A stretch of 63,990 bases of DNA, filler included, from Acidimicrobiia bacterium (lineage in GTDB: Bacteria; Actinomycetota; Acidimicrobiia; Spongiisociales; CAZKJJ01), in assembly GCA_046759765.1 (NCBI GenBank). It is 13 parts of 13 records of this genome, joined end to end, with 100 filler letters (N's around TTAATTAATTAA, not from the genome) between each part and the next. Parts side by side here need not be neighbours in the genome. Positions count along the whole stretch, not along the records: positions 1 to 5,233 come from JBHICV010000160.1; positions 5,334 to 10,549 come from JBHICV010000161.1; 11 more parts are not named here. One strand, given 5' to 3'. Numbering within the stretch: position 1 is the first letter of the stretch; every line of letters starts with the position of its first letter. Positions 1 through 9,303 of the stretch are shown here, in pieces. The notes beneath the pieces were generated by a model that saw nothing but the letters and a program-made list of their open reading frames with translations, was not told the DNA's origin and did not search any database. The translations under genes were made by a program, and so were the position numbers.

Positions 1-382
1 GTCGTGTCTCCTCTTCCCTCAGATCCCGAACCGGACCGAGAACGTGAACCGTCGGCCCTACCTCGGCCACGTCGGCAGCCACCTCCCGTACCGCCTGCTC
101 CTGATCCGAGCGGCCCAGGAAAAGGAGCGGCAACGGACGCAGCAGCGGCTCAGTGAAGCCTTCCGGAGGCTGCTCGAAGAAGCTCCTGGATGCCATAGTG
201 AGGCGGCGGACGACCCCGCTCTCGTAGGCCTCCGTGAACATCGCCGCCGACCGGCCGGTGGTGTGATAACCGAGAGTCGCCTCCTCCTCGAGCAGCACGA
301 CTGTCCCATGAGACGCCAGCTCATAGGCAGCAGAGGCTCCTGCGATTCCACCGCCGATCACTGCGAAGTCGAAACGGTCCAT
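1..382 (-). CDS. FAD-dependent oxidoreductase (DAO / D-amino-acid dehydrogenase family), N-terminal part, runs off the window edge
   Basis: Manual translation MDRFDFAVIGGGIAGASAAYELASHGTVVLLEEEATLGYHTTGRSAA shows a GxGxxG Rossmann motif and the TGRSAA motif. Not in the ORF track. Confidence 0.85.
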   Translation of the reverse strand, partial: MDRFDFAVIGGGIAGASAAYELASHGTVVLLEEEATLGYHTTGRSAAMFTEAYESGVVRRLTMASRSFFEQPPEGFTEPLLRPLPLLFLGRSDQEQAVREVAADVAEVGPTVHVLGPVRDLREEETR

Positions 383-458
383 CCGTCGGGATGCTCGCAG
401 ATCATCCACCGGACCGAGGCCGAGCGGCTCTTAGTGAACCGTCGCAGAGGAGGTCCGT

Positions 459-1646
459 CTGCTTCCGGCACATGTTCTCGACTGGCTCGACTTGGGCCTC
501 CGCTGGCTGCATGTGATCGCCGGCGTCGTCTGGATCGGCACCTCCTTCTATTTCGTGTGGCTCAACAACCGGATGCGGCCCATCGAGCCCGAGGTGGAGT
601 GGATCGAAGGACAGCTCTGGGCCGTTCATGGGGGCGGCTTCCACCGGATTCTCAACTACGGCCAGACCCCTCCGAGCGTTCCTGAGACGCTCCACTGGTT
701 CAAGTGGGAGGCGTACACGACCTGGCTGAGCGGCTTCGCGCTCCTCGTTCTCATCTACTACGTGGACGCCGAGGTTTTCCTCATCGACCCGGGCACCGCC
801 GACCTGCACCCCTGGCAAGCGGTGGTCATCGGGCTCGGCTCACTGGCCTTCGGGTGGCTGGTCTACGACCGGATGTGCCGTTCTCCCCTCATCGAGAGGC
901 CGGGCCCGTTCGCGGCGGTGTCCTTTGTTCTGGTTGCTCTGGCGGCGCTTTTGCTCTCCCTGGTTTTCTCGGGCCGGGGTGCCTACATCCACGTAGGCGC
1001 GCTGCTGGGAACGCTGATGGCAGGAAACGTCTTCTTCGTGATCATTCCCGCCCAGAAGGGAATGGTGGCCGCTATGGAGTCTGGCGGGGAGCCCGATACC
1101 GAAGCGGGTCGACACGCCGCGGTCCGCTCGCTTCACAACAATTACCTGACACTCCCCGTTCTGTTCATCATGATCTCGAGCCACTTCCCCTTCACCTATG
1201 AGCACGCCTGGAACTGGGTGATCCTCGTGGCGCTCTCGGTGGTCGGGGCAGGGACCCGTCACTGGTTCAACCTGAGGGGTCAGGGCAGGCGGAACGTTTG
1301 GATACTGCCCGCGGCGGCCGCCGGCCTGGTGGCGCTGGCGCTGGTGACCGCACCGACCTTCGGTTCGTCACTCCCGCCGGTAGGCGACGTCACCTTTTCC
1401 GAGGGCATTGCCATCGTGCAGGCAAGCTGCCTTAGCTGTCACTCGGCCACGCCGACACAGCCCGGATTCACCTCACCTCCCAAGGGAGTCACCTTCGACA
1501 CTGACGCTCAGATCGTGGCGAATGCAACCCTGATTCGGAGGATGGCCGTCGACACGATTGCCATGCCTCCGGGCAATCTGACGCAAATGACCGACGAAGA
1601 ACGCGCCAAGCTTCGAGCCTGGCTCAACCAACACACGCAGGGATAG
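459..1646 (+). CDS. puuD: Urate hydroxylase PuuD (membrane urate-oxidase domain plus C-terminal cytochrome c)
   Basis: RWLHVIAGVVWIGTSFYF, WAVHGGGF, HWFKWEAYTTWLSG and RSLHNNYLTLPV motifs; C-terminal CLSCH haem motif. Probable CTG start at 459 after AGAGGAGG; the ORF track starts at 492. Confidence 0.88.
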   Translation: MLPAHVLDWLDLGLRWLHVIAGVVWIGTSFYFVWLNNRMRPIEPEVEWIEGQLWAVHGGGFHRILNYGQTPPSVPETLHWFKWEAYTTWLSGFALLVLIYYVDAEVFLIDPGTADLHPWQAVVIGLGSLAFGWLVYDRMCRSPLIERPGPFAAVSFVLVALAALLLSLVFSGRGAYIHVGALLGTLMAGNVFFVIIPAQKGMVAAMESGGEPDTEAGRHAAVRSLHNNYLTLPVLFIMISSHFPFTYEHAWNWVILVALSVVGAGTRHWFNLRGQGRRNVWILPAAAAGLVALALVTAPTFGSSLPPVGDVTFSEGIAIVQASCLSCHSATPTQPGFTSPPKGVTFDTDAQIVANATLIRRMAVDTIAMPPGNLTQMTDEERAKLRAWLNQHTQG

Positions 1647-1661
1647 TAGGAGGATCCGCCC

Positions 1662-2591
1662 TTAGACCGACTCGGCCAGCAAATCCGCCATCAGTCGGGC
1701 GCTGCGTACGCCGTAGTCCGCGTAGCAGTTGTTCATCAAGACGTGAACGGGTCCACCGTCCTCCTGGAGAGCGCGAATCCGAGGTACCCACTCGGAGAGC
1801 TCCTCTCGCGAGTAGTCGTATTGAAAGCGCTCCTCAGCAGTAATACCCCGGGCCTCCCACGTATCTGCGTTTCGCCCGTGGAAGCGAACTTCGGCCACGG
1901 ATCCAGTCGAAGCTGCAACGGCTGGCATCGAACTGCGGAAGCCCTGTGGCCCGTCAACGCTGACATAGTTCAGACCGAGCTCAGAGAGCAGCGCCAGCGA
2001 CCTCTCGCGGTGGTCCTCGTCCATCCAACGTTCTTGGCGAAACTCGACTGCCACGTCGTATTCAGGAACGCGCTGGGCGACCTCATCCAGATAACGCCGT
2101 GAAACAGGTGAGGGATAGAAGTACGGCGGAAACTGGAATAGGACGGTCCCGAGCTTGCCGGCCGAGTGGAGCGGCATCAGCGCCGAGTTGAACCGCTCGA
2201 AAGCTTCCCCCAGCGCGCCGGCCGGAAGGTCTCTCCCGTAGAGGTTCTTCTTGTCGGTCACCTCGTTGGGGAGGCCTTCGCGGAGGTCCTTCCAAAGGGA
2301 CCTGGGCGGCGTGGGATGTTGGGTCAGAAGCCGGAAAGCCTTGATATCAAAGGTGAAGTCTCGTGGCGTGCGTTCGACCCAGGCACCGGCCACCTTCTCT
2401 GAGGGAGGTGCGTAGTAAGTCGAGTCGACCTCGACGATCGGAAACTCCGCGGCATAGAACCGGAGCCGCTCCTCGGCCGACATCCTCTCGGCCGGGTAGA
2501 AGGTGCCTGCTTCGACCAGGGTGCGACCGGTCCATGAACACAGACCGATCAGAACCCCTTCCTTCCGCAGGGCCTCCACCGGTGATGTCAT
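1662..2591 (-). CDS. DUF72 family protein
   Basis: VEVDSTYYAPP, FDIKAFRLLTQHP, LFQFPP, RFHGRN and LMNNCY motifs. Confidence 0.9.
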   Translation of the reverse strand: MTSPVEALRKEGVLIGLCSWTGRTLVEAGTFYPAERMSAEERLRFYAAEFPIVEVDSTYYAPPSEKVAGAWVERTPRDFTFDIKAFRLLTQHPTPPRSLWKDLREGLPNEVTDKKNLYGRDLPAGALGEAFERFNSALMPLHSAGKLGTVLFQFPPYFYPSPVSRRYLDEVAQRVPEYDVAVEFRQERWMDEDHRERSLALLSELGLNYVSVDGPQGFRSSMPAVAASTGSVAEVRFHGRNADTWEARGITAEERFQYDYSREELSEWVPRIRALQEDGGPVHVLMNNCYADYGVRSARLMADLLAESV

Positions 2592-2664
2592 TTGTTTCTT
2601 CTAGCACGACCGAGTCGCGACACACGAGCGGAATCGCCTTGGCTTGCGTAGGATCGCCGACGCG

Positions 2665-3063
2665 ATGGCTCAGCAACAACCCATGGAGATCATCCTGCTC
2701 AGACAGTGGGCCGGCTACGTTGCCACTTCCGTTTACATCACGGACGATGAGGGGGCACTCGTCTATTACAACCAAGAGGCCGCGGACCGTATCGGGGTGC
2801 CATTTGAAGATGTGGGCGAGATACCGGCGGAGAAGCTGGCCGAGCTGTTCGCGACCACCGGCCCGAACGGAGAATCCATCCCCAACGACGAGCTACCGCT
2901 GATGATCGCCCTGACCAAGCGAATCCCGGCCCATAGGTCGATGCAGGTCAAGGTGCTCGACGGATCTTCGCTGCAGGTGGAAGTGACCGCCCTGCCGATC
3001 GTGGCTCAGTCGGGGCGGCTTCTCGGAGGTGTCGTGTTCTCATGGGAGGTAGACGACGAATGA
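2665..3063 (+). CDS. Stand-alone PAS domain protein
   Basis: YITDDEGALVYYNQEA PAS motif and C-terminal EVTALPIVAQSGRLLGGVVF PAC-like strand; ATGA overlap with the next gene. Confidence 0.75.
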   Translation: MAQQQPMEIILLRQWAGYVATSVYITDDEGALVYYNQEAADRIGVPFEDVGEIPAEKLAELFATTGPNGESIPNDELPLMIALTKRIPAHRSMQVKVLDGSSLQVEVTALPIVAQSGRLLGGVVFSWEVDDE

Positions 3064-3893
3064 AGGTCTCGCTTTGGGGGACCCGAGGATCGGTCGGGAG
3101 GGCCGGGCCCGAGACCGTTATCTACGGCGGTGATACGTCCGCGGTCGAAGTGCAGAGCCGGAACGGGGAAGTGCTGATCCTGGATGGCGGTTCGGGCATC
3201 GTCAGACTCGGCGCGGCCCTGAGCGGAACAATGCACAGGGTCGACATCCTGCTCACGCACCTCCACCTCGACCACATCCAGGGCCTGGGGTTCTTCGGGC
3301 CCATGTTCGACCCGAAGTGCGACGTCCACGTGTGGGGACCGGTCTCCTCCCGAATGCACCTTGCCCAACGGCTGACCAAGTACCTCTCGCCGCCGCTGTT
3401 TCCGGTGCGGCTCCGCGAGCTGCCCTCGATCTACCTGCACGATCTCGAGCCCGGCACCTGCTGGATAGGACCCTTCTCGATTAATGCAGATCTCGTCTGT
3501 CATCCCGGCCCGACCCTTGGGTTTCGTATCCAGGAAGGGTCGGACACGGTCGCGTATCTACCCGATCACGAGCCGGCGCTGGGTGTGGCATCGTTTCCGG
3601 AAGGGCCCGAGTGGACCTCGGGGTACGAGCTGGCGCAGGGCGTTGACTTGCTGCTCCACGACTTTCAATACACCGACGACGAGTACACGGACAGAATCGG
3701 ATGGGGCCACAGCAGCTTCCAGCAGGCGCTCGCTTTTGCCGAGCTGGCCGGCGTCGACACGATGGTTACCTACCATCACGATCCGGAGCACTCGGACGCC
3801 ATGCTGCAGGCAGTGCTCATCGAGGTGATGACCCAACGCGAGCTCCCGTTCCGACTCGTCCCGGGTACAGCAGGGACTACGTTCGAGCTCTGA
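3060..3893 (+). CDS. MBL-fold metallohydrolase (putative phosphodiesterase)
   Basis: WGTRGS, YGGDTS, THLHLDHIQG (HxHxDH), GWGHS and YHHDP motifs. Confidence 0.88.
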   Translation: MKVSLWGTRGSVGRAGPETVIYGGDTSAVEVQSRNGEVLILDGGSGIVRLGAALSGTMHRVDILLTHLHLDHIQGLGFFGPMFDPKCDVHVWGPVSSRMHLAQRLTKYLSPPLFPVRLRELPSIYLHDLEPGTCWIGPFSINADLVCHPGPTLGFRIQEGSDTVAYLPDHEPALGVASFPEGPEWTSGYELAQGVDLLLHDFQYTDDEYTDRIGWGHSSFQQALAFAELAGVDTMVTYHHDPEHSDAMLQAVLIEVMTQRELPFRLVPGTAGTTFEL

Positions 3894-5193
3894 CCTCTTC
3901 GATTGCCTCGGTGAGCTCCCGAGACGGATCCTCGACTAGTTGGTGTGCTCCCTCTCGCACGACGATCCGACCGGCAACCACGGTCGTGTGAAGATCGGCC
4001 GCAGCGGCTCCGTAGAGGACGCGACCCAGAACCTGGTCCGAAGCTCCCGCCGTGCGGGGTGAATCGAGTCGGAACGCAGCGAAGTCAGCCGGGGCCCCAG
4101 GGTCGAGACGTCCGGAGCTCCATCCCAGCGAGTCGGCTCCGCCCACCGTGGCGGCCCGGATGAGTTCCTCGAGGTTAAAGGTACCCCGATGGCCGGTGAG
4201 GAGCCGCTCGTGCAGCTCGAGCAATCGAGCTTCCTCGAGAAGGTCGATTCGAGCGTGGCTGTCCGTGCCCACGCACAGTTGGGCGCCGGCGGTGGCTAGG
4301 TCTGAAGACGGTCCGATGCCGTCGGCGAGATCTCGCTCCGTAGTAGGGCAGACGCACACGCGGGCCCGCGCTTGACCCAGCAATCCGATGTCGTCTTCGT
4401 TGGTGTGCGTTGCGTGCAAGGCCGTCGCGGTCGCCTCCCAGACCCCCGAAGCGGCGAGCAGGTGGGTTGGTGTCAGTCCCGTCGCGGCCAGGCATCGCTC
4501 GTTCTCAGCCGGCTGCTCGGAGACGTGGACGTGCAGGGGCTTGCCCGATGCCTTGGCCCAGTCGGCGACCTCAGAGATTGCCTGTTGGTCGACTGCGCGA
4601 ACCGAGTGGATCGCACCGCCGATACGAGCGTGGGGTTGGTCTTCGAAAAGGGCGACTCGCTCCGCCCAAGCAGCAGCAGAGCCGTCGGAAAAGCGTATTT
4701 GCGGTCCTTCCAGCGGCCGGTCGAAATCGCCTCTGAGGTAGCAGGTGTCGAGCAGCGTGATCCGGATGCCGGCGTCGGCGGCGGCTCGCAGAAGGGCCCT
4801 TCCCATCTCATTCGGGTCCGAGTAGGCGGCGCCGCCGGGTTCGCGATGTAGGTAGTGGAACTCGCCGACTGTGGTGATTCCGGCCAGCGCCATCTCCGCG
4901 TACGTAGCCCGGGCCAACGCGTGGTACCTCTCCGGGTCGAGTATGGCGGCCAACCGATACATCTCGTCGCGCCAGGCCCAGAAGTCACGGCCGGATGTGG
5001 CTCCTCGCAGGGCTCGATGGAAGGCATGAGAGTGCGCATTGACCAGGCCCGGGAGGGTGAACCCGTCCAGCAAGGTGGCGTTTGTCGGCCGCTCGGCTCC
5101 TTCTTGGACTCCGATGATGACCCCGCCCTCGGTCTCGATCAGCACGTCCGGGGCTGCGTGTCCCAGCCAGGCAAAGGGGGCAAACCACAACAC
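3877..5193 (-). CDS. hutF: Formimidoylglutamate deiminase
   Basis: NAHSHAFHRALRG, GEFHYLH, HSVRAV, HVSEQPAE, CPTTERDLADG and GTDSH motifs. Confidence 0.92.
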   Translation of the reverse strand: MLWFAPFAWLGHAAPDVLIETEGGVIIGVQEGAERPTNATLLDGFTLPGLVNAHSHAFHRALRGATSGRDFWAWRDEMYRLAAILDPERYHALARATYAEMALAGITTVGEFHYLHREPGGAAYSDPNEMGRALLRAAADAGIRITLLDTCYLRGDFDRPLEGPQIRFSDGSAAAWAERVALFEDQPHARIGGAIHSVRAVDQQAISEVADWAKASGKPLHVHVSEQPAENERCLAATGLTPTHLLAASGVWEATATALHATHTNEDDIGLLGQARARVCVCPTTERDLADGIGPSSDLATAGAQLCVGTDSHARIDLLEEARLLELHERLLTGHRGTFNLEELIRAATVGGADSLGWSSGRLDPGAPADFAAFRLDSPRTAGASDQVLGRVLYGAAAADLHTTVVAGRIVVREGAHQLVEDPSRELTEAIEEVRART

Positions 5194-5213
5194 GTGGTGA
5201 TGATCGCACCTTT

Positions 5214-5233
5214 CGTTCTTGTGTCGTTTGAAG
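5214..5233. repeat. Truncated copy of the 51-bp palindromic repeat at a contig end
   Basis: CGTTCTTGTGTCGTTTGAAG matches the reverse complement of 7767-7817 with 2 mismatches. Confidence 0.65.
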
Positions 5234-5333
5234 NNNNNNNNNNNNNNNNNNNNNNNNNNNNNNNNNNNNNNNNNNNNTTAATTAATTAANNNNNNNNNNN
5301 NNNNNNNNNNNNNNNNNNNNNNNNNNNNNNNNN
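5234..5333. other. Artificial 100-nt contig linker (N44-TTAATTAATTAA-N44); also at 10550, 15698, 20812, 25832, 30834, 35827, 40729, 45557, 50378, 55194 and 59995
   Basis: Identical structure at 12 positions, with stop codons in all six frames. Confidence 0.99.
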
Positions 5334-6363
5334 TTCTCCCCCGCTCGTGGTCGCCTACGCCATAGCGGGGACCGTCGATATCGACCTCACCAACGAGCCG
5401 CTGGGGAAGGACCCGGACGGCAACGAGGTCTTTCTGAGCGACCTATGGCCGACCCAGTCGGAGATCGCCGAGATAGTCGCCTCCTCGATCTCTCGGGAGC
5501 AGTTCATCTCCCAATACGCCACCGTCTTCGACGGAGCAGAGGAGTGGCAGTCAATCGAGACCGCGGGCGAGGCCCTTTATGACTGGGATTCGGACAGCAC
5601 GTACATACAGGAGCCGCCGTTCTTTGCCGACCTCTCCGGTGACCCGAGCCCACTTCAGCCCATTGTCGGTGCCCGGGTGCTCGTCAAGGTCGCCGACTCC
5701 GTCACCACCGACCACATCTCGCCGGCCGGGGCGATTGCGGAGGATTCACCCGCCGGCGAGTACCTGATCTCGCTAGGGGTCGAGCCAGGGATGTTCAATA
5801 GCTACGGGTCGCGGCGCGGCAACGATCGCGTCATGACTCGGGGAACATTCGCCAACATCCGGGTTCGTAATCAGCTGGCGCCCGGAACGGAAGGCGGCTG
5901 GACGACCGACTTCACGGACGACACTGTCAAGACCGTCTACGAAGCGAGCCTGTCCTACCAGGACCAGGGCATCCCTCTGGTCGTTCTGGCGGGCAAGGAC
6001 TACGGCATGGGGAGCAGCCGGGACTGGGCCGCCAAAGGACCCTTCCTTCTCGGTGTGAAGGCCGTGCTGGCCGACAGCCTGGAGCGCATCCACCGTTCCA
6101 ACCTCGTGATGATGGGCGTGCTGCCGCTCACGTTCCCGCCCGGCGAGAGCGCCGAGTCACTGGGCCTCGACGGCACCGAGACCTTCGACATCGAGATAGA
6201 CGACTCGTTGCAGCCCCGCCAGCCGGTACCCGTGACGGCTACGAAAGCCGACGGAACCGTCGTCAGCTTCGACGCCACCTGCCGATGCGACACACCGATC
6301 GAGGTCGAATATCTACGTCACGGCGGAATCCTGCACATGGTCCTGCGGGAGATGGCTGGGTAG
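5334..6363 (+). CDS. acnA: Aconitate hydratase A, C-terminal part (5' truncated)
   Basis: [54 protein letters not shown] and ERIHRSNL motifs. Confidence 0.96.
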
Positions 6364-6408
6364 GAGCTGTCGGCCGTCAGCCGTCAGCTGGCACCTACCC
6401 TGTTCCAA

Positions 6409-6960
6409 GTGAAGGATCCACTGGTTTGGATCGATCTCGAGATGACCGGACTCGATCCGGCCGAGAATGTGATTCTGGAGATCGCCGTCGTTGTCACCGA
6501 CGGCGACCTCGAAGAGGTCATCGAGGGTCCTGATCTAGTCCTGCATGCCACCGAAGACCAGCTGGCGGCCATGGTGCCTGTCGTGGCGGAGATGCACGCC
6601 GAATCGGGTTTGACGAGGGCGGCGGCTTCCTCCGAGCTCACGGCCGAGAGCGCCGAGCAGTCAGTGCTCGCCTTCTTGCGGGAGCATGTGGCCGAACCTG
6701 GGCTGGCCCCGCTGGCGGGCAACAGCGTGCACGTCGACCGGGCGTTCCTCCAAAGACACATGCCGGAGGTCGAGGATTACCTCCACTATCGAAATGTGGA
6801 CGTATCGACACTTAAAGAACTGGTCCGCCGCTGGGATCCCGACGCCCACGACCAGGTGCCTTCCAAGAGCGGCAACCACCGAGCTCTCGCCGACATCAGG
6901 GAGTCAATCGACGAGCTGCGGGCCTACAAGATGCTCTTTGTCCGACGAGATGTCGACTAA
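6409..6960 (+). CDS. orn: Oligoribonuclease
   Basis: WIDLEMTGLD, LAGNSVHVDRAFL, HYRNVDVSTLKEL and HRALADIRESI (DEDDh exonuclease). Confidence 0.96.
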   Translation: MKDPLVWIDLEMTGLDPAENVILEIAVVVTDGDLEEVIEGPDLVLHATEDQLAAMVPVVAEMHAESGLTRAAASSELTAESAEQSVLAFLREHVAEPGLAPLAGNSVHVDRAFLQRHMPEVEDYLHYRNVDVSTLKELVRRWDPDAHDQVPSKSGNHRALADIRESIDELRAYKMLFVRRDVD

Positions 6961-6988
6961 CTTCTTTCCGATCACACAACGGCCAAGG

Positions 6989-7570
6989 ATGAAAACAAGC
7001 CGAGTTTTGCTCTCCGTGGGTGCCGCGATGGCCATAGTCGTGGCGGTCCCGACCGCGGCCATGGCGGGAATTGATCCACCGGGCGCCTGCGATGGCGCCG
7101 CCACCATTGAAGGCGCCGTCTATACGCCGGCTAACGACACGACGGACAATCCCGTTGTAGTGCCGGCCGACAGGGACGGGATAATCATCCCCTATACCGG
7201 CATGGTCATATTCGAGAACAAGGGCCACTCCGGCAAGATCTACCTAGACACGCCCATTACTCAGGTGTTCGGGGAAACCACCGGTCGCATACCTGTGGCC
7301 AGCTGGTCTCATTCCAATGAGGGCGACGAACGGGCAACGACAGGGACCTACAGTCTCGATCAGTTCTGGGAGGACCTGGGGTTCCGGATCACAGGGCTGC
7401 TCAGGATGTCCGGAAAGCACAACGCCAGCGGTGGTAGCTGCTCGGGCTTTGTGTTTGTGAAGTTCACGGGCAACCCCCTCGGGACACCCATCGGCATCGT
7501 CGCTGTCGTCGGCGGCGTGATCACAGGCGCCATAGTCATCTGGGCCGGCGTTCCCAGGAGGGGTCGCTGA
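6989..7570 (+). CDS. Hypothetical exported protein with signal peptide and C-terminal TM anchor
   Basis: MKTSRVLLSVGAAMAIVVAVPTAAMA signal; two Cys; hydrophobic C-terminus followed by PRRGR. Confidence 0.7.
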   Translation: MKTSRVLLSVGAAMAIVVAVPTAAMAGIDPPGACDGAATIEGAVYTPANDTTDNPVVVPADRDGIIIPYTGMVIFENKGHSGKIYLDTPITQVFGETTGRIPVASWSHSNEGDERATTGTYSLDQFWEDLGFRITGLLRMSGKHNASGGSCSGFVFVKFTGNPLGTPIGIVAVVGGVITGAIVIWAGVPRRGR

Positions 7571-7758
7571 TGAGAGGCCACCCCATTGCCGGAGCCGTCG
7601 GGGGCTTCTTCTTTGGAGTATTCCTGGCCTTGATACTCCAACAGTTCGGCCTCCGGTCCCTCAACGACCCGCTCTCTTTTTTCGGACTGCCGATCCTCTT
7701 CCTGACCGTCGGCCTGCTACTGGCCTGGTGGGCCCCCTTCGGCCGCCGCTCCACTTAG
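7570..7758 (+). CDS. Small two-TM membrane protein
   Basis: 62 aa with two hydrophobic segments; TGATG overlap with the upstream gene. Confidence 0.65.
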   Translation: MRGHPIAGAVGGFFFGVFLALILQQFGLRSLNDPLSFFGLPILFLTVGLLLAWWAPFGRRST

Positions 7759-7766
7759 TCACCCCC

Positions 7767-7817
7767 CGTTCTTGTGTCGTTTCACGACCTATATGGTCTT
7801 CAGACGACACAAAAACG
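7767..7817. repeat. 51-bp imperfect palindrome (REP-like)
   Basis: CGTTCTTGTGTCG...ACCTATATGGT...CGACACAAAAACG; same length and core as 28313-28363. Confidence 0.8.
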
Positions 7818-7860
7818 AGGTAACCGAGGCGTTACCCTTCCGACTTCGTAAGGGAGGCCG

Positions 7861-8787
7861 GTGGAGTTTTCGTTGATGACCGAGCCGCAGCAGGGTGGCA
7901 CGTACGAGCAATTGCTGGCGGCCGCGCAGCTGGCGGAGGGGCTGGGGCTCGCTTCATTTGCCCGGTCGGACCATTACTACTCGTTGGACACGCCCGTTCC
8001 GGCCGCCACAGATGCTTTCGCCAGCCTGGGAGGGCTGGCCCGGGACACGAAGAACATCCCACTGTGCGTTCTCGTCACGCCGATAACTTTCCGGCACCCG
8101 GCGGTGATCGCCAAGAGCGCGGCCAGCATCGACGAGATGTCCGGCGGTCGGCTCGAGCTGGGCGTCGGTACGGGTTGGATGGACCGAGAGCATGAGGCTT
8201 ACGGCCTCCCCTTCCCGTCATTGGACGAGCGATTCGAGCGGCTCGAGGAGGCTATCCAGTACCTCATGGCCGCGTTCTCGCCGAAGAAGGCCAGCTTTGC
8301 GGGAAACCACTACACGTTCGACGCGGACGCGCTACCGAAGCCGACTTCGATGCCGTTGATAATCGGTGGCAGCGGCTCCTACCGGACGCCGCGCCTGGCA
8401 GGCACCTATGCCGACGAATACAACCACTTTGTCACACGGCCCGAGGATCTGACACCCAAGCTGGCCCGAGTTCGGAAGGCAGCAGCCGACGCCGGCCGCC
8501 ACCCGGAGACAATCAGGGTGAGCATGATGGGTCCGGTCGTTGTCGGCGCCGACCAGAAGTCCTATCGAGCGGAGCTGGCGCGCCAGGCCGCTAGCTACGG
8601 CATGGATCCGACCGCGTTCGAGCAGCGAATGCCGGATCGTGGCGTACCGTCCGGCACTCCGGACCGAGTTGCAGAGTCGTTGGCGGCTCTGGAAGAGGCG
8701 GGCGTCACTCGTTTTTACGTCCAGCACCTGGAGCTCTGGGACCTAGAGCCTTTGCGTGAAACCTTCGACGTATTGCTTTCGTTCTAG
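7861..8787 (+). CDS. LLM-class (probably F420-dependent) oxidoreductase
   Basis: EPQQGGTYEQLL, RSDHY, FRHPAVIAK, SGGRLELGVGTGW and IIGGSG motifs. Confidence 0.9.
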   Translation: MEFSLMTEPQQGGTYEQLLAAAQLAEGLGLASFARSDHYYSLDTPVPAATDAFASLGGLARDTKNIPLCVLVTPITFRHPAVIAKSAASIDEMSGGRLELGVGTGWMDREHEAYGLPFPSLDERFERLEEAIQYLMAAFSPKKASFAGNHYTFDADALPKPTSMPLIIGGSGSYRTPRLAGTYADEYNHFVTRPEDLTPKLARVRKAAADAGRHPETIRVSMMGPVVVGADQKSYRAELARQAASYGMDPTAFEQRMPDRGVPSGTPDRVAESLAALEEAGVTRFYVQHLELWDLEPLRETFDVLLSF

Positions 8788-9254
8788 GAAAGCTCGGCCC
8801 AAACCGCGCCCGACTTCTCGACCAGCACGTCGAGGTTGATTCCGAATACCGTCGTCGGAGTGCCGGCGGCCGCCCAGACCTTGTCGTTGCGCCGCAGAGC
8901 GTCGTCGGCCCAGACGGTAAGAGGAGTCGCGTAACCAAACGGAGGGGTACCGCCGGCGACGTAGCCGGTCGCGTCGCGTACAACATCGAGCGGAGCCTGC
9001 TCAGCCCTCGAGCCCCCGGCAACCTGTGCCAGCTTGGCAGGATCCAGCCTTCGGTCCCCGGGAACGAGGGCGACCTGAGGTACGTCGTCGACCGCAAACA
9101 CGAGCGATTTGACGATCGCCGACACGTCGCACCCGATGGCTGCCGCTGCGTCGGCTGCCGTCTTGGTTCCCTCTGGGAATTCAAGGACATCCAGCTCGAG
9201 TCCCATCGCCTCGGCGGCTTCAACAACTCTCTGAGACGCACTGGGAATCGGCAC
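8784..9254 (-). CDS. YbaK/EbsC family aminoacyl-tRNA deacylase
   Basis: TKTAADAA, IVKSLVF, TGYVAGGTPPFG and WAAAG motifs. Confidence 0.92.
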   Translation of the reverse strand: MPIPSASQRVVEAAEAMGLELDVLEFPEGTKTAADAAAAIGCDVSAIVKSLVFAVDDVPQVALVPGDRRLDPAKLAQVAGGSRAEQAPLDVVRDATGYVAGGTPPFGYATPLTVWADDALRRNDKVWAAAGTPTTVFGINLDVLVEKSGAVWAELS

Positions 9255-9303
9255 GAAACAGAACTCTAGGTGTAGCCGGTGAGTGCCGATACAGTCATCT
9301 CAG

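Noticed and set aside
5278..5289. TTAATTAATTAA recurring about every 5 kb, and ORFs ending in XXXLIN
   Set aside because: Artificial linker inside N runs; ORFs crossing it are artefacts.
6367..6392. Short heptamer repeats (GCCGTCA twice; similar at 23093-23125 and 35804-35823)
   Set aside because: Too short and degenerate to support a functional call.
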